A stretch of 64,000 nt of DNA from Bigelowiella natans CCMP2755 (GCA_000320545.1 ADNK01002279.1:17040-81039); one strand, 5' to 3'. Shown: positions 15,383 to 26,917, counted from the first letter of the stretch. Notes: generated from the sequence alone by a model not told the origin. Numbers and translations are program-made.

Positions 15383-15839
15383 AATGGCGGAATGTATGGG
15401 GAAATGAGTATGGGAGGGAAAGTGAGGGGGGGTTTGGTCCGAAAGAGCGCTGAAACTCTTACTATTGATGAAGCAGTGATGTGTGAGCAGATGATACTAC
15501 TTTTTGCTATTTCGTAGTAGTAATAGCGTGGGAGGCGTTAGAACTCCCTTTTATCTGGATTAGTAGGCGCATATGGGAGGCTGTTTGGGAGAGTCGCACA
15601 TGCGTTGTTTGCTGGATTCGCTGCGCCGCCAATCTGTCTGTTCTTGGTGTGAGTTTACGGTTTGATGCTTTGCTGCTGTTAGGGTCAAATGCCAGCCGCC
15701 GATCGTCTGTGGAATCTACTCTTACAAATTGAGAAAATAGGAGCAAAACTTCGCAAGCTTGTGATTACTAAATTAAACATGCTGTGCAATGAAAAAGCAA
15801 TATTGTACAGTGCACTAAAAGTCATGCAGTCATTTGCAC

Positions 15840-16640
15840 AACACGTAAGTAATTATGTCCATGCATGTGGCATGTGTCCTACCTAGTGTTAGTCATCTAC
15901 GCGCACATGCCAGACGATGATAGTGCTGCTATGCTATGTAGAGTACACATACCTAGACACGCGCACGCAAGCTTTGCTAGTGTGACTGGCCAAAGTTCTA
16001 AAGGTCTATAGGTGAGCCTTTCGATGCGCGGCGCTGTCAGAATGTCGACAACGTCATTGCAACGCATCGCTGTTCTGCGGTCTCATATATTGTCGCACTA
16101 GCTAGCTAAGTAGCACGAATGTGATAAATGACATATATAGCAGATATGTGCTAGCATGTGCTAGCTAGCTAGTGTGCATGCACGCATGTCAACATCGCAC
16201 GTTGTTTGTTGTGTTGCTTGCATCTAGCATATGTGAATGACTGCATGGAGCCTTGTACCCTTCTAGCCTTGCTATCCTAGCTAGCTAGCTAGCTAGTCGC
16301 CGTAGGTAGCTGATATTTTGATGTTATCAAAATAAAACTATTTACTTGCTAGCGGACGACATGATTATACATTTCTAGATTTACATGCTACTAGGCTAGC
16401 GCATACTGCGCACTAGCACAAATGCTTATTAGACATGCACTAATATAAGGCATGGTCCCATGTGCACGAGTTTGGTACACGCCAACACACTACTACTGAT
16501 AGCTAGCTGGCTAGATAGCGCAAGCAATGCAACGCGCGCTCTCATCGCACAGCATCGCTAGCATAGAATAAGAAAACGTGGTCGCGTCGTCACCCTGGAG
16601 AGCTAGATCGAAAGATCGCTAACAGAATTCACTTGCCTAT
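15840..16640. other. Partially TpA-eroded intergenic island with (CTAG)n arrays
   Basis: Rich in gcat/atgc/cacg; many surviving TA are in CTAG, including tandem ctagctagctag at ~16098, ~16161 and ~16277. Lies between two convergent gene 3' ends. Confidence 0.6.
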
Positions 16641-16763
16641 CACGATCCCCGCTGCGCGACAGAGAGCAACACGTTACGCAAACCAAAGAAGAATTGTTAG
16701 ATAGATGTACACGATGGAACAGCCCATACATGGCCATGGCTAGGACGCTCGCTCAGCCTTTAT

Positions 16764-18361
16764 TCACTTCGCATCTACTTCAGCCGCAGCTTCCTCTGCG
16801 GTGACGGGCTTGCGGTGGTTCTCATTGCTCATGTCGGAGCGACCTCGATTCGGAAACTTCTCTAATATACCTGGCGAATTCATGTGATGTTGGGTGGTTA
16901 GAACCGACGTGTCAGGATCGTAAAAACTTCATCTAAAATGACTCTCTCTACCAAGTCGGGGGAGAGTAAAAAAAAAACCGGGGGGGAAACTAAAACCAAT
17001 GAAGACTTACGCAGTGCGCGATCGTAGATGAGATGGTTCTGGTGCGACTGCAGCCTTTCGATTACTTGCAAGACGCCGGAATTTGTGACTGGCTTCATAT
17101 ACCTGGGAGCACGGTGGAGACCGATGGAAAAAAACAAGGAAACAACAGAAAGATAAGGAAAACTAAACAAATCCAAAAGAAAACAGTAAATAAATACACC
17201 GCGACGGATGAAAACAGCACGGCCAAAGCGGCGGAGCTCTGATCGAAACTTGCAGCGGTAAAGCGCGTAGGTGCACCGCTCATCGGCACGAGAAACCATT
17301 CACGTGGATCCAAGGGCGTTAAGAGAATCAATAAAAATACAGCACTAACGAATCACACCACCAAACCCCAAAAACAGGAAGGCTGGAAGCGGCCAGGACA
17401 AGGGATTTGGCAACACCGCGGCGCATCGTACCTGTTAGGCGTCTCGTCACTTCCGTCCTGCAGCACGTTGTATATCGTCCGCAGCGAGTTCATGAGGATG
17501 TCCAGTCTGGGGTCTGTGATGTGTGGGTTTAGCAGCTGCGCGACCTTCGATATCAACCCTGATAGTAGTGGTATTAGCAGTAGTAGTAGTAGAAAAACAG
17601 CGCACACAGAAACGACAACAGGCGTCAGCAGATCTCCCATTACCAATGATAAAATGGCGCAGAGAGAGAGGGAGAGAGAGAGAGAGAGAGGGGGGGGGAG
17701 GAGGGGATCGTAGTATGCATAGTTTCGAGGAAGTGCTTCTTGGTGCGAGTGGGCTTGCCCCTCACCTCTTTTGACGAGATTTCTCATAGCTTCCTTTTGA
17801 CTCACAGCGGCAATGGCCTTCACGGTCTTGGCTTTGACCTCAATATCGTCTGAGCGAAGGCCTTCTATCATGCCCTTAACATCCACCTCTTCAGTGTCAT
17901 CGTCATCTTGATCGCCCTGCGGTGATGATGGCGATTAGTTGCGATAGTAATAAGACAAAGGAGGTTTCTCAAAAAGAATAAAACTGCGTTTGGTTCTCAT
18001 AACCATTAGCAATATTATCATTATCATGGTAATCGGCATTGTTTTAGGCAAAAGTACCTCGATCGAGCGGGTCGGAGAATCTATCGTTTTGGGCGTTTGG
18101 TCGGTATCTGTGTCGCCCGGTTCTTTTTTGCCATCCTCGCCTTCTTGCGCCTCCCCACCTCCGTCCTCGTCCACCACGTACACTGCATCTTCTAGGTTTA
18201 CGAGGCCTGGATTTCAAACGCGACAGCAGCATTGGATTTTAAAAAAACTTGAATGAGAAAGCTAAACAAGCGACGCAATAGCAACCACCCTCGATCACCC
18301 CCACTTAAAATTGCGCGAAGGGAGGAAAATGAGGATGGGGAAGAGGGAGTCATCATCATCG

Positions 18362-18394
<33 letters not shown>

Positions 18395-19960
18395 CGCACC
18401 TGAGTCTGGATTGATCATTCCTTTGTTCGACCCGAATTCCGAAATGCCCAAGTCGTCCACTATACAACCCGATTTGACCTCTTGCGCGTCCGCTATCTTC
18501 GGAGTGCTGTAGTAGTAGGAGTTGGTGACTTTGGGGGCCTCTGGCCTCGGGGTCCTGAGGTAGTACGGCGTCTGGAAGGGGAGCCGCTGATCGGGGGGGG
18601 GGCGTCTGTTTTGAGGCGTCGTCGTCCTGATGCTGCTGCTCGACTCGCTGTGGTCAGGAATCATCGGAGGGGGAGGCATCAATGACCCTCCTTGGTATCG
18701 ATCATACAAAACATCGACGATCTTCCCCGCCGCGCGCCACACTCGCCCCACGGTCTTCCCGATGACTACCTCAATCAACGGCACCTTCTGGTCGTAGTGG
18801 CTCACGAAGTTCTTCACCTTGAGGGAGGCGTCCGACTCCTTGCGGATGCCCTCGATCGTCCTCCCCTGGGGCCCGATCACCGCTCCTTTGATGTGCTTTT
18901 CCACCAGGATTATAGCAGAAGCTGCGAGCTGGTCAGAGTCAGCCTCGGACGACTCTCCTCCTCCTCCTCCTCCTCCTCCTCCGGTTTTGATATCACTACT
19001 TCTCTCACCGTCATTTCCATCGTTCATACCACCTTCGAATATCTCCCCTGCCTCTCGGGGGTCGTCTGCGCCCCCCCCCGCCCCTGGACTGGGGATTGGA
19101 CTGGGTATAGGGCTGGGTATAGGGCTAGGAATGGGGCTAACGCTGCTGCTGCTGGGTACAGTAGATGGGCGAGAAGAGGAGAAGTCTAATGCGACAGCAG
19201 GATTGTTGCTAGGCTCCGTGCTGCTGCTGCTTTGCACGTGCGCAAGACTACCTTCTTCTCCATTCTCGACTTTCAGGTCGTCGATTTGCTGGCCGATGTT
19301 GGTGACGAGGAGTCGGATCGCCTCGTTTATCTGCTTGGTCTCGCCGTAGATCCGAAGAATGCGCGGTCGGCCCATCTTCCCGCCCTCATCTGTAAAAGTC
19401 AATCTACATCCTGTCCTCTGAGCGTAGTCGGCAATGGTGGCCCCCTTTCTACCTACTATACCAGCTCTATACTGTGCAAGGACGAGCAGCCTCACAAAGA
19501 ACTCTCCGTCTTCTTGCCTAGGCCGCTGTCTCTGAGGCGTGGGTCGTCTTCTTGGCCTGGGACCTCTCGCCTGGGGTGTTGATGGCCCCCCCCTCCGCCG
19601 CATATCCTGCGACATCGGTGGAACAAACTGCGTGTGCATAGAAAAATTGTTAGGGCCAAAGTTTGGCGAATGAGGATGGTTATTCTGAGAAGGGGAGTAG
19701 TTGCGCCGTCGGATCTTCCGTCCTCCTCTAGCAGAATAAGAGTGTGGGTCATCCCTGATATGATGTTCGTCTCTTGAGTTTGACCGTTGTCTTCGGTTAA
19801 GATCTCTAGGGTTTGACCTTTCCCTCCTCTCCCGTTTGCGGCGTATGGAGGGACTATCCATACTTGGAGACAGGCCAGGGGTATACCACCGGTTGCTGTA
19901 ATTCTTCTTCGGGCCATTTCTCCCATTATGATTCGGGAGCTTTGACGGCCTTTTGCTCAT
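16764..19960 (-). CDS. RNA-binding protein with two KH domains and a C-terminal importin-alpha-like ARM region (6 exons)
   Basis: Exon 1 (19960-~18400) has an R/S/P-rich N-terminus and two GxxG KH loops (AGIVGRKGATI, GAVIGPQGRTI). Phase-compatible GT-AG splicing joins exons ~18206-18058, ~17916-17766, ~17558-17431, ~17102-17011 and ~16871-16764, giving ...GVLQVIERLQSHQNHLIYDRALRILEKF..., which resembles the importin-alpha terminal ARM repeat. Confidence 0.8.
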
Positions 19961-20069
19961 TTCCACGAACGTCGACGGCGAAAGCACCCGCTAAACCTCC
20001 TCGCTCCTTCCTCGGCCACGCTCTTTCTCCGGAACTGATGGCGCCCCTTGAGAACTATGACAAAAAAAA

Positions 20070-20114
20070 AACCTTTGCAAGTGTATCGAAACCTTTGCAA
20101 GTGTATTGGAACCT
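20070..20114 (+). repeat. 20-bp tandem repeat upstream of the KH gene start
   Basis: aacctttgcaagtgtatcga / aacctttgcaagtgtattgg / aacct. Confidence 0.7.
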
Positions 20115-20349
20115 CGGGGCGCGGATCAGGATAGCTTTGGGGCCAAAAGTAACAGGGTTCGGGTGATGGGTGCCCGGTCTCTCAAGTGGCGGTGGGGGAA
20201 GGGCAGGTCTTAAATATGTTAGTGATAACTATTTAATCCATAGGAGAATTCAGAAGAAAATACGCTCTAATATCAGATAGAGACATGTATTTTATCACTA
20301 ATTATCACTAACGTGCCTGGTCATATTGCCAGGAAAGGATAGGAATCAT

Positions 20350-21372
20350 GCTTAGATCTAGTGTAAAGCTTCCCTCAAACCTTTTCTACTTTGATTTTTT
20401 CGGTGGGACTGATGTTAAAAAAAATCGAATAGAAATAGGTCGATTTTGTACCCGTTTAGAACCTAGCCGTGAGGTAATACAGAATGAATCAAGGAGGAGA
20501 AGACTACTTTGTCCTGAGATATATCTCCAAGAACAAGTTCGCTCGATGAGAAATTACCTAAGGAAAATAGCCACAAATCAAACCACGAAAACATCATTGA
20601 GGATTTTACAGGTTATCGTCGGAAAGCTTGTCGTCAGATATTTTGTAAGAATGTAGACCTTCCAGTCAGATTCGATTTGCTTCTTAATAAAGCATTTGCG
20701 ACTTGAAACATGTCCTTATTTTCCTTTTTTAGTACGTTCGTAACCTGCATTTCCACAGATTTCATCGAAATAGTAATCAGGTAAATAAATCTTAAATATG
20801 TCCCAGTGGTTCGCGTAAGACGTGCGTGAATAATAATTCGGAATAAATTAAAATTCGGCTATTCTTCGAAGGCGATGGGAGATCATCAACTTGGACCCTG
20901 ATATCCGATCAATATTACTATACGACAATAAAGAAACAAAATATTTACATAAAAAGAAAGGCAATCCTTATTTCCGAGTCTATTCAGTAAGTCTGAATTA
21001 ATCCTTGAATGGCTTCCTGACCGGCAAGTGTTGCAGAGAAGCATTCGTGTGACAATAGCGAGGCCTAGAAAATACCAGAATAATCTATTAGGACCACCGC
21101 CAGTTGATTTTTATCACTGCTCGAATTTAGTTTTTTTGATAAAAGGCCTTCTGTTTTATATTTTAAATATGCATGTAGTAGTAGTTCATGCCGCTAGTGC
21201 GTGAAGGCGATAGAACTTTCCGAGAATACAAAATAAAAGAAAAGTTTAAGTCACTCGCACTTTCGGGGTTTAACATAACTTCTAATTCCTTTTGAATGAC
21301 AGAATTTCCAATAACAAAACGGATAGACTGAGGAAAGAAAAGGTCTGAACGTAACCTGAAAACTATCAGCAT
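20350..21372 (-). CDS. Possible compact gene with short introns, head-to-head with SF3B5
   Basis: ATG at 21372 followed by short candidate exons (SIRFVIGNSVIQKELEVMLNPES; GLLSKKLNSSSDKNQLA; GLAIVTRMLLCNTCRSGSHSRINSDLLNRLGNK) separated by short candidate introns; not all splice sites are canonical; no homology recognised. Confidence 0.3.
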
Positions 21373-21402
21373 TTGCTAACCCTCTTTCTACCCGCAGCCA
21401 TC

Positions 21403-21638
21403 ATGACCGAGCGATTCAATATCCATAGCCAGCTTGAGCATCTTCAAATGAAGTATGTAGGTAAGATCCAGCTCTCTTTGTACGCTTGATATCGTCAAAA
21501 AAATGCGAGGAAGAAATAGTATCTCATAGCATGCGCATGTTCTTTCTTTCAGGGACAGGGCATCCGGATATCACACGTTACGAATGGTACACATATAGAG
21601 CAACCTCCATCTATACCACTGCTGCTATCACACACACA

Positions 21639-21680
<42 letters not shown>

Positions 21681-22267
21681 CACACATACATACATAGACA
21701 CATACCATCACACACATCACACACACACACACACACACATACAAACGTACCGGAAATCGCACCTTACAAAACATTACAATACTTCAGGGTTGTCAACCAT
21801 CATCGTGACTCTGCTGCCTCGTACATCGGCCACCACCATATGCTGCTAATGTTCGGTACGCAAAGTAGGGATTAGATAAGATGAATCAGTAGTTTCATGA
21901 ATTTGGTGAAAATGGATAGTATCATATATCGGCATTGCATGTATAATGAATCAACTATATATTGAACAATTTGCACTATATGCACGGCGAATCGAAGTTG
22001 ATAATCAATCATCCCAATATTCTTTACAATGCTACAGGTACGGCTGAAAACGAATCCATGGGACGCGTGAAACACCGCTTATTAGCTCAGATGGTAGTTA
22101 AGCAACACTGTGGTGAAATAAACAAAGCTATACATATATCTGGAGCAATGACAATAGAAGAATCTGGTCGTTATTTGTTTACAAGCTCTTTTTGGTCTCA
22201 GGTTGCTCCTTGCGGAAAAGAACCGAAGGGAGCTGAGGAGGAAGATGATGAAGACGAATTAGAATGA
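21403..22267 (+). CDS. SF3B5: Splicing factor 3B subunit 5 (SF3b10), 5 exons
   Basis: Spliced product MTERFNIHSQLEHLQMKYVGTGHPDITRYEW-VVNHHRDSAASYIGHHHMLLMF-GTAENESMGRVKHRLLAQM-VAPCGKEP... matches the well-known SF3B5 sequence pattern. Confidence 0.95.
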
Positions 22268-23670
22268 GAAAGACAAACGGACGAAGTTCGGAGCCTTGAC
22301 CGTTATCGACAAAGGTGCAATATGTTCTACTTGCCAAAAAGAATTGTTACCTAAGATAAAATGGTGTAATAGTAACCTCTTCTTTTGAACCGATGTGCAA
22401 TCTCATTACATTTCGAGTTGTTAAAGTGTCAATGAGCGAGGCGCATAGCATAGCACGCCATGTCCAGCATCTGATAGCCTGTAACTAAATGGTCCATGTT
22501 GCAGCAATGCAGCCAGACATTTTGTGAAAATGCGTCAGATTTTTAATCAGAGCAACTTGTTCACACCAACAACTCCCTCAAATTCTGCTAACGAACTAGC
22601 TACAAGCCCGTCGCCTAAATTACATGCGTCATGTCCATCATCATTGGACTGCACCAGCACGTGCATGCGCACAGCGCGCAATGCACATGCTAGCATGTTC
22701 ATGATGGACGACGCTCATTGTTTGCATGCGCATGCGTGCGATGCGGCAATTCTGTGCACTTTCATGATGAATGACTGACGTGACAGTCTAGCAGGCCATG
22801 AGAATGATGGACATGTGACAGCAGTCTGTGCATTCTAGCATTGCACGACAGTGTGCCATTGCTGTGTCTGTGATCAGTGCACAGCAAAAAAAAAATTGAA
22901 TTCAGGCGACACTGATGTGATGGACATGTGATGTCACATGCACATTGCACACATCCAGACATGCCATTGCTGTGTCCACAATGAGAGGCATGATGCGGAT
23001 GCACTCAGCAGAACAAGCATGTTGTCCAAAGACAAAGACGCCATGATTGAAAAAATGATGCCAATTTGGACAATGCTGATGTGCTCAGCAGGACAAGTCT
23101 AGAAGTGCATCATCTGAAGACAAGGGCCCGTTTGCGCCTTCATCAGGCTTCGCTGGTGCAGCGCCAAATGGATTTGCCGAATGTGAATCGAGGTTGCACC
23201 CTCCACTACCCCCCACTTTCATTGCATCCACATCCATCCTGCTGATTTTTGCAAATTCAGAGCCAGCCTCTAACTGTTGCATCCGAAGGTGTCACTTCAA
23301 CAGAAAATGGGGGAGGTGGTGTTGGATGCTGTGATTGAAAATGCAAATGACACTGATGGATTGAAACATTGCACAAAAGCACAAAGTGCATCCATTTCCA
23401 TGCATTTTTTCCCAAAATCAAGGCAACGGCTAGAACGGGTGCAAGTGTGGCAGTCGTCATCATCTTGATTCCATTGCACTTTGAACATGAATCGAGAACT
23501 CTGTTCCCAACTTGAAAAAATCATGTCAACTCTGGAACAACTTCAAAAAAGTGTTCAATTGTTCCACGCCCAAGCCTTTTCAACATTGGCCGGACCACCA
23601 TGAGGATTGGACAATTTGGGTGCTCCATCACACTGACAGACTTTGCCATGAAATGACAATGAGAGGCGCA

Positions 23671-25120
23671 TCAAGATCTGGGCGGGCGAACAACTCCAGC
23701 TCTTTTCACTTCTTCCACCAAATGCGAACGGAGGTCCACCGCATGAGCCACCCTTTGAAGGTTCAGCTCAACGTGTTCATCGTTTAGCAATTCAATCGGT
23801 GTCAAGCCCAATTTGCAACACTTCGGTGGCTTCACAGCCTCTGCCCTGCTGTCTTTCACTTCGGTGTGCCCGGCCTTGCATTCTTCAATGAGCTCTGACA
23901 CCTGAGCGACCCCTTCCTTTGCATCGATTCTCTTTCTCCTCAGTTCTGCAATTGTTTCATCCTTGATCCTCATCATCCCTCCCTCATCGTCACGTGCTGT
24001 GTCGCTTCTGTCTCGTTCAACGGCCTTCGCAATGTCATGGGAATTTGTGAGGTTGTGCAGCTTCGTGCATGCGAACACGATCTTGCCTGCCTTCCTGTGA
24101 TGAAACCTCATTGGAGACCACAAAATGCCGAATCTTCCAACCAGACGACCGAAGGCGCATTCTGTGGTGATTCTCAATTGACTCACTGCAAAGTTGCAAT
24201 TCGATTTCTCATCACCCAGGTCTGACCCGGTGAAAGGCGACGTCAAAAGTTCATGGACCCCGCAAGCCGCGTCCCCGATCAGGAAATGACCAACCTCGAG
24301 AGCTCCATTCAGCAACTCTGAAGCTGCTTGTGTGACTTCATCATCTTCCATGCGACAGAGTTGGAGCCGGAGCCTCCTGTTGCTGTGCTGGCAGCGATGA
24401 AACGACAGTCAGAGTCGCAGACGGCCTGCAGGTTCAACGCATGATGGTGCTGCCTGCAGTGGAATCTTTTGACATGCTGTGTTTCTTTGTCGCTGGGTCT
24501 CCGCATCTTCACTGACAATCCGTCCATGGCTCCTGTGCAACCTTTGATTGCTTGGTTCATGCTGAGGCCTCCAAACCCAGCTTCAACTTCTTGTCGACCT
24601 GTGTTTCATTCGAAGGATCAAACCCAATTTTGCAGCACTCGTTTGTTGCATCCAATGTCCTCCAGAAATTGTGGTGGACGGAACGTTCCGCCACACCATG
24701 CAGGTCAGCTGTCCAGCTGTGTCTGGGCACGATCCTCCTGCTGGTAACCTGAGCGTCATTGACAATGAAAGTTTGTGGGGATGCAATCTTCGCTGCTTGA
24801 ATGCCGTTCATGCTTCTCTGACCGGGGTCCAATGCCAGAGTGTCGTCACAAGTTTTGTGGAACAACTCCAAGGGCATCCTGTGTCTGCGTCTGAAAGCCA
24901 TTGGAGACAGCCTGTCGATTCTCTTGATCCAATCCAGCCTGTTCGCATGTGATCTGGGCTTCGGCTTCCTTCTCTTCTTGTTCTTCAGGTGATCCACATG
25001 CTCGAGCACTTCCAATGCGTCAATGGCACGTTCAGCATCAAACCCCACCAAGTCCCATGGTGCAATGGAAGACGGGTCAAACGTGGGTGTCAACAAACCA
25101 GCGAGCATCATGGGCATCAA
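23671..25120 (-). pseudogene. PIF/Harbinger transposase pseudogene (frameshifted, hypermutated)
   Basis: Motifs across shifting frames: FRRRHRM, TLRLPAGGSCPDTA, GCTGAMDG, RFHCRQHHHALNLQAVCDSDCRF, HFLIGDAAC, NFAVSQLRITTECAFGRLVGRFGILW, ACTKLHN. Confidence 0.9.
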
Positions 25121-25305
25121 AACGTGAGGTGTGGGTGGTGAGAGTCATTGTTGCCCGACGCAGCGGAGGATGACCTGTGATCTGCCCAGTTGAATGCCGC
25201 CCTGCGTGATTCCGGGTGGACCAACATGACTTGCTTCACGTGCCACACCTTGTCGAAGTGCAAGCCGATGAACTGCCTCGGGATTCGGGATCAGATTTGG
25301 ATGCA

Positions 25306-25400
25306 TGAACAATGAACAATGATGATGAACCACACTTCCAAAACGTGACAAGACACTTGCAGTGTGCGAAGTGCAGTGCCTCGAACCAACTTCAGTGAGG
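25306..25400 (-). repeat. Dispersed ~95-bp element, copy A (others at 49907-50001 + and ~31830-31925 +)
   Basis: Reverse complement cctcactgaagttggttcgaggcactgc...ttggaagtgtggttcatcatcattgttcattgttca aligns without gaps to 49907-50001. Confidence 0.85.
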
Positions 25401-26094
25401 TCCAACACAACCAGTGAAACCATGAGGAATCAAGAATGGCATTCTGGCCACTCCTCCGTTCCTAGTTTCATTGTCTTCAGTGCCTGACATTTGCCAACTT
25501 CAGGACCACGCATCCCCAAATCATGCCGCGATGGTTTGCTCATGCTTGGAGATCACCAAGCAAGAACACCACACCTGCGAACCCCAAGCGAACAATCCCG
25601 TGGACCACACCTTCATGGTCTGCTTCACACCTGCCACAATTTCCCCGGCTTTTGCGGAGACATTGCCCTCACTGGAAGGCATGAAGATGGAGGAGGATGC
25701 ATTCTTCGTTCCCAGTCCACTTGGACAACGAGCTTCGCAATGACCACAGTCGGGCACTTTGTCGGATGCATCCCCGGCTTTTGCGGATGCAAAGCCCCAA
25801 TCATTGCAATTGGAAGCACTAGCTTCACGCCAACCACAACATCCCCGGTCCAATGGAGACATTGCCTGGAGGGCATGAAGTTTGAGAAGGACACCTTCAT
25901 CCTGACGGGATTCATCCGGGATGAATCTTGGATGCAGACCCGAAAATCCTTCACTTGGCAGCCAATTCGCCGGTGGCCTGCCCCATCGGTGAACAGGAAA
26001 GTGGCACAGGGATGAGGGGAAAAGCCACCCTCGCAACCGAAAAACCCCCCGCCCAGTGCCACGTCGGCGAATGCAACTTCAAATCTTGAACACA

Positions 26095-26405
26095 GATCCA
26101 TGCATCCTTCATCTGGCTACCGAGTCACCGGTGGCTGGGGCGACAAGTCTGTCTACCCCACCAGTGACCAGGAATGTGGTTCAGGGGTGGGAGGTGACCA
26201 ACCCCCCCTGCACATTGCCGCATCGCGCCAATTTTTTCCGAACGTGCATGACTCTGAATCTTGAATGCCGATCCACACATCCTTCATCTGGCTACCTAGT
26301 CACCGGTGGCTAGGGCGACATGTCTGTCCATCCCACCAGTGTCCAGAAATGTGGTTCAGGGGTAAGAGGTGATCAAACCCCCCGCCCATTGCCGCATCGC
26401 GCGCC
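26095..26405 (+). repeat. Two ~135-bp imperfect direct repeats (probably subterminal repeats of the element)
   Basis: gatcca..catccttcatctggctacc.agtcaccggtggct.gggcgaca.gtctgtc...cattgccgcatcgcgc at ~26095-26230 and ~26270-26404; partial third copy ~26594-26625. Confidence 0.9.
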
Positions 26406-26729
26406 GCATCGGCGGCAACTGCCAGACTGGACAATGCATGCACTTGCATTTTTTCGTTGTCGCAGCTCGTCATCCATTTTTCAACTGACGACAATACCAC
26501 GGAGTTTGTCTCTATGATAAAACGCAAAACAAACACATCACTACATAAAATCCAGTCAACTTCTCATCTACGAGCACATACCACAGGATTACAGGTGGCT
26601 AGTGCAAGTGCGACAATGTGTCTGTTACTGCCGGGATTTAACAGAATATTGTTGGCCACCAGACCTTTTTTGTTATTATTTTCCCCAAATTTTGAATTTT
26701 TAAATCGAGACCCGTATTCAATTGGGCGA

Positions 26730-26917
26730 ATGCTGCGGCTGGTTCGCGGCCTGGCCCTCGCTTGGGTATTGGTGGTAACACGGCTGCTGCCCTCAGTTCT
26801 AGCGTTTAGAAGTCCCGGAGAACTGAAGATATTGCACGGAAATCGTTCTTTCGATATTGACGATGTTGGGTAGGGATTACTTTCAATTGTTCGAACATGT
26901 TTTTCGGTTTGTATGTG

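Larger units (their letters stand above)
22630..26450. mobile_element. Degenerate PIF/Harbinger-type DNA transposon region, TpA-hypermutated (termini not identified)
   Basis: Contains a DDE_Tnp_4/HARBI1-like transposase remnant, extra degenerate ORFs (~23250-23700 +, ~25470-26015 +) and direct repeats at the right end. Only about a dozen TA in ~3.5 kb. Confidence 0.8.

Noticed and set aside
18482-19926. Overlapping alternative-frame ORFs within the KH gene
   Set aside because: Shadows of the GC-rich KH exon with no independent domain signal.
23671-25120. ADAR-type RNA hyper-editing
   Set aside because: DNA transposon; A->G and T->C changes are interleaved within single motifs; TAG, the ADAR-preferred context, is the most resistant.
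26095-26405. CRISPR-like array (also considered for 53203-53762)
   Set aside because: Only two or three long imperfect units, no regular unique spacers, no cas genes, eukaryotic context.
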